The notes: a model not told the origin generated them from the letters alone. Shown: positions 24,801 to 36,911, numbered from the stretch's first letter. The stretch: 64,000 bases of DNA from Podarcis cretensis (GCA_951804945.1 OX638149.1:86056001-86120000); one strand, 5' to 3'. A program made the numbers and translations.

Positions 24801-27800
24801 GGTGTATTTTGCCTGGAGAAGATTAAGGGGAGACATGATAGCAGTTTTCAAATACCTTGAGGGCTGTCACACAGAAGATGGAGTAGACATGTTCTCTGTT
24901 GCTCCAGAGGGTGGAAATTGCAAGGAAGCAGACTTCAGCTAAGCATTAGGAGACATGTCCTGATGCAGTAAAAGCTGTTGGGACAGTGGAGCAGACTTGT
25001 CTTGGGAGATGGTGGACTCTTTCTTCACTGGAGGTATTTAAGCAGAGGTTGGACAGCCATCGGCCAGACTCTGCAGTGGGGTGCACTAGAAGTCCTCCAA
25101 GTTCCCTGCCAAGCCTGTGGCTCTAGAGCAGACTGGACAACCTCTGTGGCCCTCCAGAGGGTTGCTGGGACTTCAAATCCCATCACTCCCAGTCTGCATT
25201 GCTAACAGAGGTGATGGGCATTGTACTTCAGCAACATCTGGAGAGCCACTGGTTCCCCCATGCCTATTCTAGAGGGTAAAATTTGACTTGTCACCTCGGT
25301 AAGCCCTAAAAGCACTGCCATTATGAACAGACCAGTTTTGCTAATGTGATATAAATGGAGCATTAGTGCCACTGGCTACTGTTGGGGAGGAAATGTAGAA
25401 GAGGTGCTAATGATGTCACAACAGATGATTCCATTTCCTTTCCCCTGTTCAATCTCTCTCCATTCATAGGTGACTTATGGGGAAGCGTGACAGAGTAACA
25501 CTTTCCAGAGAGCCAGAATAAGATATACTCCCGCTTAGTTGGCTCCAAGGCAGTTGTTGGGGCAGATAATCAGGGTGTTGACTGCACCGAGAGCATGTAA
25601 GGCGCCAAGTCTCCCAGCTGCTGCTGATTACTCTGACGCGACTGTCGCACAGGCTGCCGCATTTTGGCAACCCCTCCCAGAACCTTTAGTAGGGGAGAGA
25701 TTTTTGCCACCCTGGTCCAGCTCAGGGCACGTTTCTCTGCTGTGTGAGTCTTATCTTGCACACACTCATGGGCTGGGTTTGCCCTCTGCCTTCTCCTCCC
25801 CAGGTAACATGCTGCTCTGCCTGTCGCCAGCCTGGCTCTCAAAGGCACCATCAGAATCCCACCCGGGAGAGTCGTCCTTGCTGGTCTTCAAGGCCGTGAC
25901 CTTTGAACTCGGTGGCCGCACAACCCTGGAAGAGTTTGCGCCCCCGCGCCGTGTCACCTACTTTACTGGCTGCTTTGGGCCCTGCAAGGTGCAGGGCCAG
26001 TCGGCAGCAGAACTGGCCCGAGACCTCGACTGCCCCACGGGGGGCTCAGGAGAGCTAGCTCGCCTGCTGGAGGACAAGCTCCTGACCCGCCAGCTGATGG
26101 ACCAGCAGGCATGCGTGGCTGTGCCCCCCACCCTGGCCTTCACCTTCAAGCGCCCGCTGCCTCTACGAAGTGTGACAGAGGAGCAGCGTGTCCGCATGGT
26201 GGAGCTGAGCGGCCGTGAGGGGCAGGACAACCTGCTGCAGGAGGAAATAGCAGCCTTCCTGCAGAGTGGCGCCATGGAGTCCTATAGCCAGGTGAGGAGC
26301 CCTGAACCTGAGATGGAAAGCTACAAACAGGAGGTTTGGAAAGGTGCGTTATTATATGGCAAGAGCAGTGCACTTCCTGTATCCGGGACAGGGGTCGCCA
26401 ACTGATGGCCCTCCCATCAGCCCCAACTAGCATGGCCAGTGGTCAGGGTGGGTGCAACTTACAGTAAAGCAACATGTGGAGGGCCTCAGGTTCCTCACTC
26501 CTGGAGTTTGAGCCAAGATAATCCTCTGAGCCTAAGTGTTGTCTCTATTGTGCTTCCTATAGGTGGTGGTAAAACCATCAGGCTGGCGCTGGAACGGAGC
26601 CCAAGCTGTGTCATTCCATGCTAAGTCAGAACAGGGATGTGTCCTTCAAGCTGTCCTCACGCTGCTGGAGACCCTGGAAGAGGAAGAGAGCATTTTGCTG
26701 GAGGCCTTCATTCCCACTGCTCATGTGGTCCGGCCTGGCCCTCCTGACACGAACGGCTCCCCATGTAAGGGATATATTTTCATCCCTTCTCACTGAGGTC
26801 GGTCCACATAATGAACTGTCCTCCAAATTAGCACCCACAATTATGATAGTTTACTCCATAAGTGAGTCTCTCCCATTGACTGCTTCATGTCATCTCTTGC
26901 CCACTCAAGAGCATTTGAAAGAGTTGCCTCGCACCAGCTATTTCCTGACGGGATCTAAGTGGGCAAAAGATGGCATGGGCAGATTGGGGAAGCTACCATA
27001 TTGGAATCTGATAATTCTTCAGGAGCATGTTGCATTGCTGATTTTACTCCAGACTCTGGGCCTCTTCTGATGACCTGTTTACTGAACATTCATCCCAAAT
27101 TGCTTGCGCAAAGCTTATGCAGAGGTTTGATTACATCTGGTCTTTATTGACAAGTGTTCTGAGTTGTTTATGGGGTGGTTATACATCAAGGGCAATTTGT
27201 CCTGCATTCATCCCCAATTGGCATTTGGGGTATATACATGTCTTTCCACCGGTCATTTGTTTATCCCGCACTGTCACTTTCCAAACCACAGAAAGTATTT
27301 CTTTTAAAAGTGCCTTTGTTGTGCTAAGCCAATAGAGCCCTTTGGTACCTTGTAAACGTGCAAGGCTAAAGTTCCAGCATGCACTTGAATCCCTCCTGCA
27401 AAATGATGACACTCTGGAGGCACCCCTTCTTCTTTTCACTCCCCTCCACATGCCCCACTCCTATCAATTTGCCTCTCTGATATATTCTATCTCCCTCTCC
27501 CTCCCTCTCCTACATCTCCGATTCCAGGCAATTCATCTCCACAGACCAATCTAGCAGTCCGAATATGTGCTGTTGTCTGCAGATCCCGAAAAGACCAGCC
27601 TCTACTGAGCAAGGTAACCAAAGCCCAGAGCTCCACTACAGATTGGGGGAAGAAATCCCAAGGAATCCTCACTGGCAGAAAAATTGTAGCCCTGTACTGT
27701 AGTCCGTTCCTCTTACCTGTTTTCAGGGGAACAAATTGTTGGTTGAGGGCAAGGAAATAAGTGGCTGTGCCCAGTTTTAAACTGTTTTGTGAGGAAGACA

Positions 27801-30800
27801 CACAAACACTGATTGGTATTGGTAGATTTGGGTGATCTTTTGACTCCAAAATAATGTCTTGTTTGGAACCAGGCTAGCTTATTTTATCAACTGTCCCACT
27901 CACAGTCTCTAACCTTCACCTGGAAAGACTCCAGAAATCATAGATCACGGCACAAAATCCCACAGACACCTTGCATGCACACAGCCATAACCCACTGTAT
28001 GAACAGAAGAAAGTAGAGAAATTCCAATTTGGACTGTTGGTATGGAGATGTTAAGACTAACTGGAGGAACAGATGCTTGAATGTCAGCAGCCCAGAGAGA
28101 CTGCATGCATTTTTTGGGTTCTCTTTCAGGTGGTGTGTGGTGTGGGCCGGGCAGATAAGCCCCTGAAGCACCAGGCCACTGTGCCCCAGACTTTGGAGAG
28201 CAGCCTGCGTCAGTGGGGACTAAAGGATGAGGCCCAGATTGCAGCCATTCATGCCCAGATAAAGCAGAAGGCTGAAGCAGCCATGAAGGCCTTCATGGAC
28301 ATGGAAGCTGGCCTGTCAGTTGAGCAACGAGGTGGTCGCCGAGCACAAACCGACATCATTGGTGAGTTGCCCTGTCAAGTCATTATGGGGCCCTGCACTT
28401 TCGATGCCCAGAATAGCATGAGGCTATCAGCATTCCTCAAGCCCAGGCTCCATCAGCTGTGGGGCAGCAGTGCAAAGCAGCTGCACTTAGCTATGCACCA
28501 GCAAGCAAAACTCAATTTTAATCAGCTATGGGGAAGTCCTTGCCAAGCCCTTGTTGTGTTCAGAAATCCTTGCACTGGCAGAATGATTGGCAAAGTGTGG
28601 TGCTGAATTCCTCCTTTTGAACCAGTGGCAGGTTGGGACCCTGAAATCCCACAACCCCAGAGATGCATACACCTTTTTGTCCCGGCCTCTGATGTGGACA
28701 TGAAACTGTCTTAAGTAATGATTCCCCAATATCTTCAGTGTATGTTTCTGGCAGTGCAAGAACCAATCCCTTAAGTTTCTGCAGCAGAGTGATGGAGCCT
28801 GAGTTGCTATTGTGGAAACTTCTGCTGTAATGCCTTTTGTGAACTCTTTGCCTCAGTAAAATTCTTGAGCAACAGATTCCTATGGCAATCATTCTTCCTA
28901 AAACCAAACAAAAAAATGACAAACCCAGTTGCCGCCCCTTAGTTATGTTTTGATCTCATTGACCAGCTTATCAGAAACCATTAATTCTCATTTAGATTTA
29001 TTTCCCACTGTATGACGTGTACTGTACTAAACTTTTTCATCCTCTCTCACTCACTGCCTAATGGCAGTGGCCTGCAGATGTACAAAAGCTGCATGCACAC
29101 TCTTCTCCCCTTGCTTATTTTATTTATTGATTTCTCACCCCTTGACCATTCTGACTGGGGCTAATGGGAGTTGGAGTCTAACAACATCTGGAGGACCACA
29201 GGTTCCCCATACTTGGATTAATCCACTGTTCTTAGTGCACCTTTGAGGTTTCTTCTCTTTCATTCCTTTTCTGTCTTTATGACACATTTGGCCCAATAGT
29301 TCATTTCGATGAGAGGTGTTCTCCATTGGCCCAATGTCTAATCCTCCAGCCTTTACGGAATGAGGGGCTGGTCCAGCTGCTCCTGGGAAGAGGGTTGTTT
29401 CCCGCTGCCAACCTCTAAGGCAAGAGAGCCAGGAGCAGCTGCAAATTTGGCCTGACAGCAGGCAAGGAAACTGGCGGGGCGAGAGGTACAGCAGCAGTGG
29501 CACAACTTCTCAGTGTGTGCAGCAGTACAGTGGTACCTCGGGTTAAGTACTTAATTCGTTCCAGAGGTCCGTACTTAACCTGAAACTGTTCTTAACCTGA
29601 GGCACCACTTTAGCTAATGGGGCCTCCTGCTGCTGCCACGCCGCCAGAGCACAATTTCTGTTCTCTCTTTTTTTTATATAAATAATTTTTATTAACAGGC
29701 CAATCACATCACATTATCCAAATCACATTAGTTCCATATTATACAGCCAAATTTTAAATTTTGTTGGGGGTACCCGTACATCAAGTTCCGCACGAGTCCA
29801 AAACTCCGGACAAGTCCAAGCATCACTTATATTACTGCTTTAATTAGACAGTTCTATCCAGTTCGATCCGGATAGTCCTTTATTACTTTCTTTCTCTTCT
29901 TGTTGTTATCGTATATTCCTTTCTTTGCGATCTCTGATGATTTTCACAAGCAGATTGAAAACAGGCGTCTCTGTGTGGGTTTTGTACTCCTCAAAGATCA
30001 TATCGCTCAGGAACAGCCTCTGTTCAACACTTCCATAAACAAAATTAATCTTCGGTCTGTCCTTTATTTTTCTCAGGCTTGCCAAATAAATCAAATGAGT
30101 GAGTCAGGGGGCTCTGTCAGGTCAAGTTTGCGTTCCAACATTCCTTCTCTTTCGAACGATCCTGATTCTCTCCCCCTGTCCTTCTTTCTCCAGCAAGCCT
30201 GTCTTGGCAAGTTGCCATTTTTTAACTGCGTCATAAAAATTTTCCTCTTTCTCACTGTTCAATCCTCTATCCTGTTATAATCCATCCCACACAGTTCTTG
30301 GATTCCTGCTTGTGTTTAATAAAAACTCAATGATCTTATTTCTATCTGGGGTGAAGAGTTATTAATATAATATCGTGCAAAGAGAAAAAAAGTTTTTTCC
30401 TCCACCCCCCCCCCTTCGTTCCATACATACAGTCTCCTAGTGGTGATTCATCAGAAGATTTACTTATCCATCCGTCACTCCCGGTCACAGAGATCCATTA
30501 ATCAGCAGTCTTATCCTCGAGCATTACTTGATGTATGTGCTTCAGCTTCATTTCCAATCATTTGTTTCCAATTATAATTCCGAGCTGAAGCAACCAGCAC
30601 GCGCTAATTGGAATCGGCGTCAGGAAGATCTGACTCCACCGAGGGCTCGTGCCAAGTGTTCAGCACCCCCATCTCACGGATCTGGGGGTGCATTGTGAAC
30701 ACCGCTGGCAAGGCAGTGCCCCCTCATCTCCTGGGGGGGGGGAGGAAGACTGCATACTTCCCATAGCAGCCCCTTAATTACCTCGTATGGGTCAGAGAGA

Positions 30801-33707
30801 TGTTATTGTCGGCCATCTTCCAACGCGCCACCTGGTGGCCCCCCTCTGTTCTCATCCTGAAGCAAAGTTCTTAACCTGAAGCACTATTTCTGGATTAGCA
30901 GAGTCTGTAACCTGAAGCGTATGTAACCTGAAGCGTATGTAACCCAAGGTACCACTGTAGTGAAAAGTGCAAATTCCACATTAGGAATTATTAGGGAAGG
31001 AATTAAAAATAAAATAAATTTTTGGAGGCTAATTCTGTCATGTTGGCCCTGTAAAAAGACCATGTTCAGAAAGCAGGGTGGGATGCTCAGTTATCAGATC
31101 CTAGTGGGTGACAGAAGAGTACTGCTGCCTTGATGGTTTCCTGTGGGGAGGCGTGTGGTTGGCAATCCATGTGAAATGGGATGCTGGATGAGGTGGACCT
31201 TTTGAGCAGATCCTACCAGGGCTGCTCATACGTATAATGAAGGAGCTCTTACTTCAGTGGGGTTATTTGTTCCATCAACTCACCCTTGGGATTCGGCTAA
31301 TGGTTGAGCTGACCAGAAGTTCAGTGATCTTCAGCCACATGTTCTTGATTGACAGGGCCTCCTTTGCTTCTCCTTTCTCCAGGTGTGGATTTTCTCCTAA
31401 GCTCAGAGGAACAGGTGCTGCAGCTGGTGGCCCTGGAGATGAACGCGCAGCTGTGCCTAGAGACCTGCTCCGTCTTCGAGTCCATGGGCCGGGTGGTGGG
31501 GGCTCCAGCGGGCGAGGCAGCACGCCCCCTGGTGGAGACGATGATGCGTCGTGCGCAGTGCCACCTGATGGAGGGCAAACACGTGTTGGTCATTGGGGCC
31601 GGCGGAGTCAGCAAAAAGTTCGTCTGGGAGGCAGCCAGGGACTACGGGCTAAAAGTAAGATGCGGAAACCGGAGCCATGCAGCCCCCCACAGGCTGCAGG
31701 ATGGACTAACTAGAGCAGCACCCCCCTAAAGCCCCCGTCCATATAATATAAACTTTATGGGTGCCATCTAAGCACAGAGAGGGGAGAAAGGCACAGTCCC
31801 CCTGCCAATCAAAAGGGCTCACCATTGTGCTATGCATTTACGCCAGTGGAGCTGGCCTGCTTGCTGCATTGCTGCTCCCCGGTCATGCTATTCTTGAGGC
31901 TGGCCATCTTATCAGGATTACTTCGAGCAGGGCATCGGACAGCCCAGTCTGGAACCAAGTTTTAAGTTGGACGAGTCACTGGGGATGGAAGTGAGTTCTT
32001 GAGGATTTCAGGCGTAGCCAGGTCTGCTTCTTTTTAATCACATCTTGCCTCCATTTAAAAATGGTAGGAAGCAAACATGAGGCACGACTGTTGTGCGGGT
32101 TCTGGATCCCCAAGATCCCAGTCTGCCAAGCAGCACTTGCTTTCTTGTTCCTAGCCTTATATAGCAGCCAGGAGGCTTCAGAGGCTTAAGCTTCTTCTGT
32201 CACTGCTTCTCCACCACAGTGTGCAGCTGTTTAAAGTCACAGGCTAAAGGAAATGGGATGGAAGCCTTACAGCTGAGGCAGCAGGGATACATAAAAAGAG
32301 CTTTTTCAATGAAATACCCCTGCTTTGCCTCTCCCATCCCTTGTATCATTATTTATTAGACTTATTAGTCACTTGTTAACTAAAGGTCTCCAAGTGACTT
32401 TCATTCTTACCTTTCTAAACATTGTAGTTTTGTGGCTTCTCCAAACTCAGAAGAGAAACCCTGTTCCGTTCTGGGTGCTGGGACATAACTGTGCTGGTTA
32501 TTGTCTGCTTTGGAGGACATGGGTGTACAGTGCAGTTTCAAGAATGAACTGGGTTATCCTGTTTCCAGGACCTCTAGATTACCTTTGGAGCCACAAAGGG
32601 GGCCCCCTCTCAATAGGCAGGAGACTGACAAGCAGAATAGATATGGGGATAGCATGTGTGGGGAGGGGTGGTGGTAATGTTGTAATGAAATGAAAACTAA
32701 ATTGGTAGGAGACAGCTGGCGGTTTAGCCAGCAGCAACTAGTCCCATTTTTCTTTCAAAAGCCCAAGTGCCTTGATGCCACTTTATTCCTCTGAGGGCTG
32801 AATTTGCCCCTGTTGGAGTCTTGCTGCCATTTTGCAGTTCAGACCCTGAACAAAACATGTTGACCAGAGACTATGTCAACAGCTACGGTCTTCACAATGA
32901 GACAGTCTGTATGCTTTACTCTCCTGGAAAATGGCTGTGCTCCGGAGTTACTTTAAAGTGGTGGGGGGGGGGGAGCCTGCTTCTTGGATGTCCCCATGTC
33001 TCTGGAGTTGCTATATGTCCCTGTTAAAATCATCAGCAGTGAAACTGTTAAGGCTGCCTTTCCCATCCACTTGGCTTATTTTTTGTTTAGTTATTTACAT
33101 AAGCTATTTATATTAAGTGGTGTAACATAAGACTTAAAGGCACACAGTGGATATGCTTATGGCTCACAAAGCCCAATGAGCTGAATGGAGGCACCTCCCT
33201 GATGCAAACTGAATCCAGTTTAAGGAGGCACAGTGGACACGCAGAGCAGAAGAGTGACTCCCTTTTGCACACACACCCATGCAACCACCTGGCTCAGCTT
33301 TTTGTTTCCGCCCTCTTGCCAGCCATGGTCCTTCCCCAGCACCACCTCCTACTACACCTAGAGGACAATGTCTCCTCATTCTAAATTCTCTTGTTGCTGA
33401 AGCAGGCATGTAGAGAATGATCAGATCCTGTCTCCCTCCCCTGCCACCAAACCTGTGGGTTCCAATGGAAGCTGTCCCACTAAGAGCACAAATGGGATGC
33501 CTGCAAGATGGGGAGTTGCTGCCCATAGATTGGAGCCTACTTCCCAGGGGGCTGTTGTGCCGTGCCTGGTCCCAAGGAGCTGTCCTTCTCTGGTACTGTC
33601 AGTAGTGATGCATCTCTGATTTTTCTCCCATCTTCTCTGCATCTCTGCCCTTCTGTGTCTGCCCTTCCTTATTCCCCATCCCTGCTCCCACTCCTACCTC
33701 TCTCCTA

Positions 33708-33751
<44 letters not shown>

Positions 33752-35044
33752 CATCTCCACCCCACCCCCCTCTTTCTTTCTCGCTCTCTTTCTGATCTTT
33801 CCCATCCCCAGATCCACCTGGTGGAGTCCGACCCCAACCACTTTGCCTCCCAGCTGGTGCAGACCTTCATCCACTATGACACCACAGACCACAAGAGGGA
33901 TGAAGAGCATGCCCAGAGGCTGCTGGGGCTTGTGCAGGAGCGGGGCTTGCATCTGGACGGCTGCCTCTCCTACTGGGACGACTGCATGGTCCTGACGGCA
34001 CTGGTGTGCGAAGGGCTGGGCCTGCGCTGCAGCTCCCCGACAGCCATGCGCGTGGCCAAGCAGAAGAGCCGCACTCACCTGCACTTGCTGCGCCGTCGCA
34101 AAGAGGGGGCTCGCTGGCCCTCGGCAGCGCTCTATGCCGTGCCCTGCTGCCACCTAGAGAGCCACACGGATGTGGAGCGGGCTGCGAGCCACATCAGCTT
34201 CCCTGGGGTCATGAAGCTAGAGTACGGGGCCGGGGCTGTGGGGGTCAAGCTGGTGGAGGATGCACAGCAGTGCCACCTGCACTTTGACAAGATCTCCAGG
34301 GACCTGCAGGATGATTCAGACCACCCGGGCATCGGGCTGGGCTGGGGCAACGCCATGCTATTGATGGAGTACGTCTCCGGCACTGAGCACGACGTGGATC
34401 TGGTGATGTACGAAGGGCGGATGCTGGGGGCTTTTGTCTCTGACAACGGGCCCACCCGGGTGCCCAACTTCACTGAAACGGCAGCCTGCATGCCCACCTG
34501 TCTGCCCCCTGACCGTGAGGCGCAGCTCATCCGCGCTGCCTACCAGTGCTGCTTAGGCTGCGGCCTCACCGACGGCGTGTTCAACGTGGAGCTGAAGCTG
34601 ACCGCGTCCGGCCCCAAGCTCATCGAGATCAACCCCCGCATGGGCGGCTTCTACCTCCGCGACTGGATCCAGGAGATCTACGGTGTGGACATCATGCTGG
34701 CCTCCGTCATGGTGGCCTGCGGGGTGGTCCCCCTCCTGCCTGCTCGCTCTCGCCCCCGCATGCACCTGGTGGGAGTGATGTGCTTGGTGTCGCAGCACCT
34801 GCAGGCCCTCAAGTCCACGGCCAGCCTGGAGACGCTCCAGGCCCTGCATGAGCGTGGCGTCATCCGCCTCAACCTGCTCGATGACGAGCTCGTGTCCAGC
34901 GAGTACGAGGAGCCCTACTGCAATGTGGCTTGTGCCAGCTCTAGCCGCCGCGAGGCCTGCCTCAAGCTGCTCGGCATCTGCCAGGTGCTGGGCATCGACT
35001 CCCCACACTACCCTGTGGCCCACTTCCTCTCGCATTTCAAATAG
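15861..35044 (+). CDS. CARNS1: Carnosine synthase 1 (ATP-grasp ligase), spliced CDS of 953 aa
   Basis: join(15861-15866,16824-17076,17385-17474,25804-26291,26563-26764,27528-27613,28130-28361,31383-31654,33812-35044) = 2862 nt. All introns are GT-AG with consistent phases. Recognisable CARNS1 motifs: ARAWTAYYY, GNMLLCLSPAWL, GAGGVSKKFVWEAARDYG, ESDPNHFASQLV, IEINPRMGGFYLRDW, C-terminal YPVAHFLSHFK. Confidence 0.95.
16520..16655. mobile_element. Palindromic hAT-type MITE
   Basis: Near-perfect hairpin cagtgatggccaaact...agtttggccatcactg. 8-bp flanks tcatagat/ccatatat match 6/8. Confidence 0.8.
16824..17076 (+). CDS. CARNS1: CARNS1 coding exon (LSLDQ...EPRTG)
   Basis: tag|CTG...ACAG|gtgagt. 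Encodes WRRDVPLDCK and ARAWTAYYYDLLQ. Confidence 0.9.
17385..17474 (+). CDS. CARNS1: CARNS1 coding exon (FGPSDITICVLGSP...GGNQCP)
   Basis: ccag|GG...CCTG|gtgagt, 90 nt, phase 1-1. Confidence 0.9.
18314..19673. mobile_element. hAT-like non-autonomous DNA transposon with internal minisatellite
   Basis: TIRs tagggctgggcaataactggtttt / aaaaccaggtatcgcctagccctt match 20/24. Subterminal (tt)agctggtgat repeats are inverted between the two ends. Confidence 0.65.
23215..23407 (+). mobile_element. Squam3-like SINE
   Basis: gctcagtggctagagcatctgctttgcatg...caggtagggctggga...ttcctgtgttcc. Confidence 0.65.
23502..23976. mobile_element. PIF/Harbinger-like palindromic MITE
   Basis: TIRs ggccacattcacacca / tggtgtgaatgcggcc with TAA on both flanks. 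Confidence 0.7.
23605..23740. mobile_element. Palindromic hAT-type MITE nested in the Harbinger MITE
   Basis: Same family as 16520-16655; gctaagg is repeated on both sides. Confidence 0.75.
24750..25062 (+). mobile_element. CR1 LINE 3' fragment
   Basis: Degenerate ORF2 C-terminus RLRGDMIAVFKYLEGCH, then aagcagaggttggacagccat. Confidence 0.8.
25804..26291 (+). CDS. CARNS1: CARNS1 coding exon (GNMLLCLSPAW...ESYSQ)
   Basis: cag|GT...CAG|gtgagg, lies within ORF 25539-26405. Confidence 0.93.
26563..26764 (+). CDS. CARNS1: CARNS1 coding exon (VVVKPSGWRW...)
   Basis: tag|GTG...CCAT|gtaagg. Encodes LLETLEEEESILLEA. Confidence 0.9.
27528..27613 (+). CDS. CARNS1: CARNS1 coding exon (NLAVRICAVVCR...PLLSK)
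   Basis: ccag|GC...AAG|gtaacc. Absent from the ORF track; translated by hand. Confidence 0.9.
28130..28361 (+). CDS. CARNS1: CARNS1 coding exon (VVCGVGRAD...EQRGGRRAQTDII)
   Basis: ttcag|GTG...ATTG|gtgagt. Confidence 0.92.
29528..30958 (+). mobile_element. Tc1/mariner MITE family A, split by a retro-insertion
   Basis: Left half 29528-29665 and right half 30845-30958 are colinear with the 9709 copy. Confidence 0.85.
29666..30844 (-). mobile_element. Short L1-like non-LTR retroelement (1.18 kb)
   Basis: 9-bp TSD tctgttctc at 29657-29665 and 30845-30853. Minus strand has AATAAA plus an A-tail at the 3' end and GGGG...AAGATGGCCG at the 5' end. Confidence 0.7.
31383..31654 (+). CDS. CARNS1: CARNS1 coding exon (GVDFLL...ARDYGLK)
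   Basis: ccag|GT...AAA|gtaaga. Contains GAGGVSKKFVW. Confidence 0.93.
33713..33748. repeat. (CT)n microsatellite in a long polypyrimidine tract
   Basis: Seen directly. Confidence 0.9.
33812..35044 (+). CDS. CARNS1: CARNS1 last coding exon (C-terminal ATP-grasp domain)
   Basis: ccag|ATC CAC CTG GTG GAG. Matches ORF 33821-35044 and ends HFK*. Confidence 0.97.
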   Translation: MHLVESDPNHFASQLVQTFIHYDTTDHKRDEEHAQRLLGLVQERGLHLDGCLSYWDDCMVLTALVCEGLGLRCSSPTAMRVAKQKSRTHLHLLRRRKEGARWPSAALYAVPCCHLESHTDVERAASHISFPGVMKLEYGAGAVGVKLVEDAQQCHLHFDKISRDLQDDSDHPGIGLGWGNAMLLMEYVSGTEHDVDLVMYEGRMLGAFVSDNGPTRVPNFTETAACMPTCLPPDREAQLIRAAYQCCLGCGLTDGVFNVELKLTASGPKLIEINPRMGGFYLRDWIQEIYGVDIMLASVMVACGVVPLLPARSRPRMHLVGVMCLVSQHLQALKSTASLETLQALHERGVIRLNLLDDELVSSEYEEPYCNVACASSSRREACLKLLGICQVLGIDSPHYPVAHFLSHFK

Positions 35045-36911
35045 CCTTGGAGATATGGCTCCCTCCGTCTGGAGCTGAGCCTGGGCCTGCTCCGGAGAGG
35101 GAGCCTTGCCTGCCCCTGCTCCTAAATTAGCCTTCCCCTGCTCCCAACTCACCACTGGGGTTTGCATTATTACACAAACGCCCTATTTCCTACAGTCTTT
35201 CTCAAGTGGCTGCTGTCTCCCTCAGGAAGGAGCGTGGCACCATCTGGTGCCATCTCTGGTAAGTGCCACACACACACACCATTCACACCCTTGAATGGGC
35301 TCACATCCTCCTTTTGCGGGGGGGTCCTATTCAATGCAGAGTCCCACCCTTCTTGAAGTTATCTCCTCTTCCTTTATTTGCAGCTCTGCTTAATTCCCCA
35401 ACTACAACCTTGGGTCCTACATTGTTCCTCCCCACCACCATACACAGAGGCAAGATCTCGCCTCTTCACTTTCCCTTTCTTCCGCTGGGGGAAAAGTTGT
35501 TGGCTCATGGCCAGGCATCCCCTGGAGAGATCCTACTTCATGCTTCCAAAATCAGTGGAAAGAGGGCTGGGGTCAAAAAATTCTTACAGTCCCCACCAGC
35601 CACAATACTTCAGTGATCCTGCAGAGCAAAATAGTGCAAATCTGACTCTGAGCATTCTCCCCCCCCCCCGCCCCAAATATTGAACCCCCGTATGCAAACG
35701 TCATCTACTTGCGGGAAAGTCCCGCAAACTCCTCTGCCAACCTACTGTAACAAAAGGACCATATGCAAGCCTGCAATAACAGATGTTTACAGAGCAGTAG
35801 AATGTAAGACATTAGCAAGCTAGTTCCACTGACTCAGCACTTGCAAACCCCCGCAGTAACATCCTAGCGCCGCGTGATCCTTTTAGGAGCTAATGAGCAT
35901 GCACAATACTGTGCTCATAAAATGACCATAGAAATAACAGGAGGGCAAACAGTGATGCAGTGGCAATCTCTGACATGCATGCTTAGGTGCTAGGAGAAGC
36001 CGCCAACCAAGTTTTCAGTGCTTGCAAGAGAAACTGCTGTAACAATCTCCCTGCAGTGTCCCAAGAGAGACCCTACAGTAGGATATCACTGTGACAGCGC
36101 TTCTAAGCACCCACCAGTAACACATTAGCATATGAGAATCTCCAGTGAAAAACAGCACCAGCACTCCTGACTTACCTTAAAATAATAAGCCTTCCAACGG
36201 AAGCCCCTTCCAATGCCCCTGAAGACCCTACACTACTAAGAAACCATAGTGCCAGCATTCCTGAGTGTTTCTGCAATAACAAGCCACAACCTTGCCACCA
36301 CTCTGAATTATGGTGAAGTAGTAATGCTTTGTGCATAGTCCTAGCATCCCCAAATAAGTGACGTTACCAATATAGTACCAGCATCCTTAAAAATGCCTAT
36401 AACCAGCATAAAGGAAAAAGAAGCAAAAGCAGTTTTGACTGGCATGGTGGAAGAGCATCTCTTGTCTGTTTAGCACGCTAGTGGAAAACTCTGGCCCTCC
36501 AGAAGCGGTTGGATTACGACTTCTGTCAGCCCCAACCAGACATGGCCAATGATCAGAGATGACGGGAGCTGCAGTCCAACAGCATCTAGAGGGTCCATCA
36601 GCCTACCACACTTGTTTAATAGCTCATGGGTTTCCTGCAGCTTCTGAAAGAGCAGTTGCAGGATGGAGCACCTGAAGGGCCTGGGATGACATTCCAGAGC
36701 CTGTGAGGCTTAAAATGACAGGCATATTGATCCCGTTGGGGGAGAGGGGAGGCAGGAACTGAGAGATTCAGGGTGCCCATGATTGGGTGACTAACAGCAG
36801 GACCATTAGTTAAGTGTGCCCTCCTAACATGGGTTGGTGACCCTGCCTTCCTGCCTGCCTATCCTTCCCAACACTTCTGTAACCAGGCAGGCATAATAGT
36901 TCCTCCCCCAC

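Noticed and set aside
25539-25803. In-frame 5' extension of the CARNS1 ORF into the intron
   Set aside because: A strong acceptor at 25803 and phase-compatible upstream exons explain the gene. The extension starts at a non-ATG codon and shows no homology I recognise.
33599-35167. Long minus-strand ORFs (184, 132 and 204 aa) over the last CARNS1 exon
   Set aside because: Expected antisense shadows of GC3-rich coding sequence.
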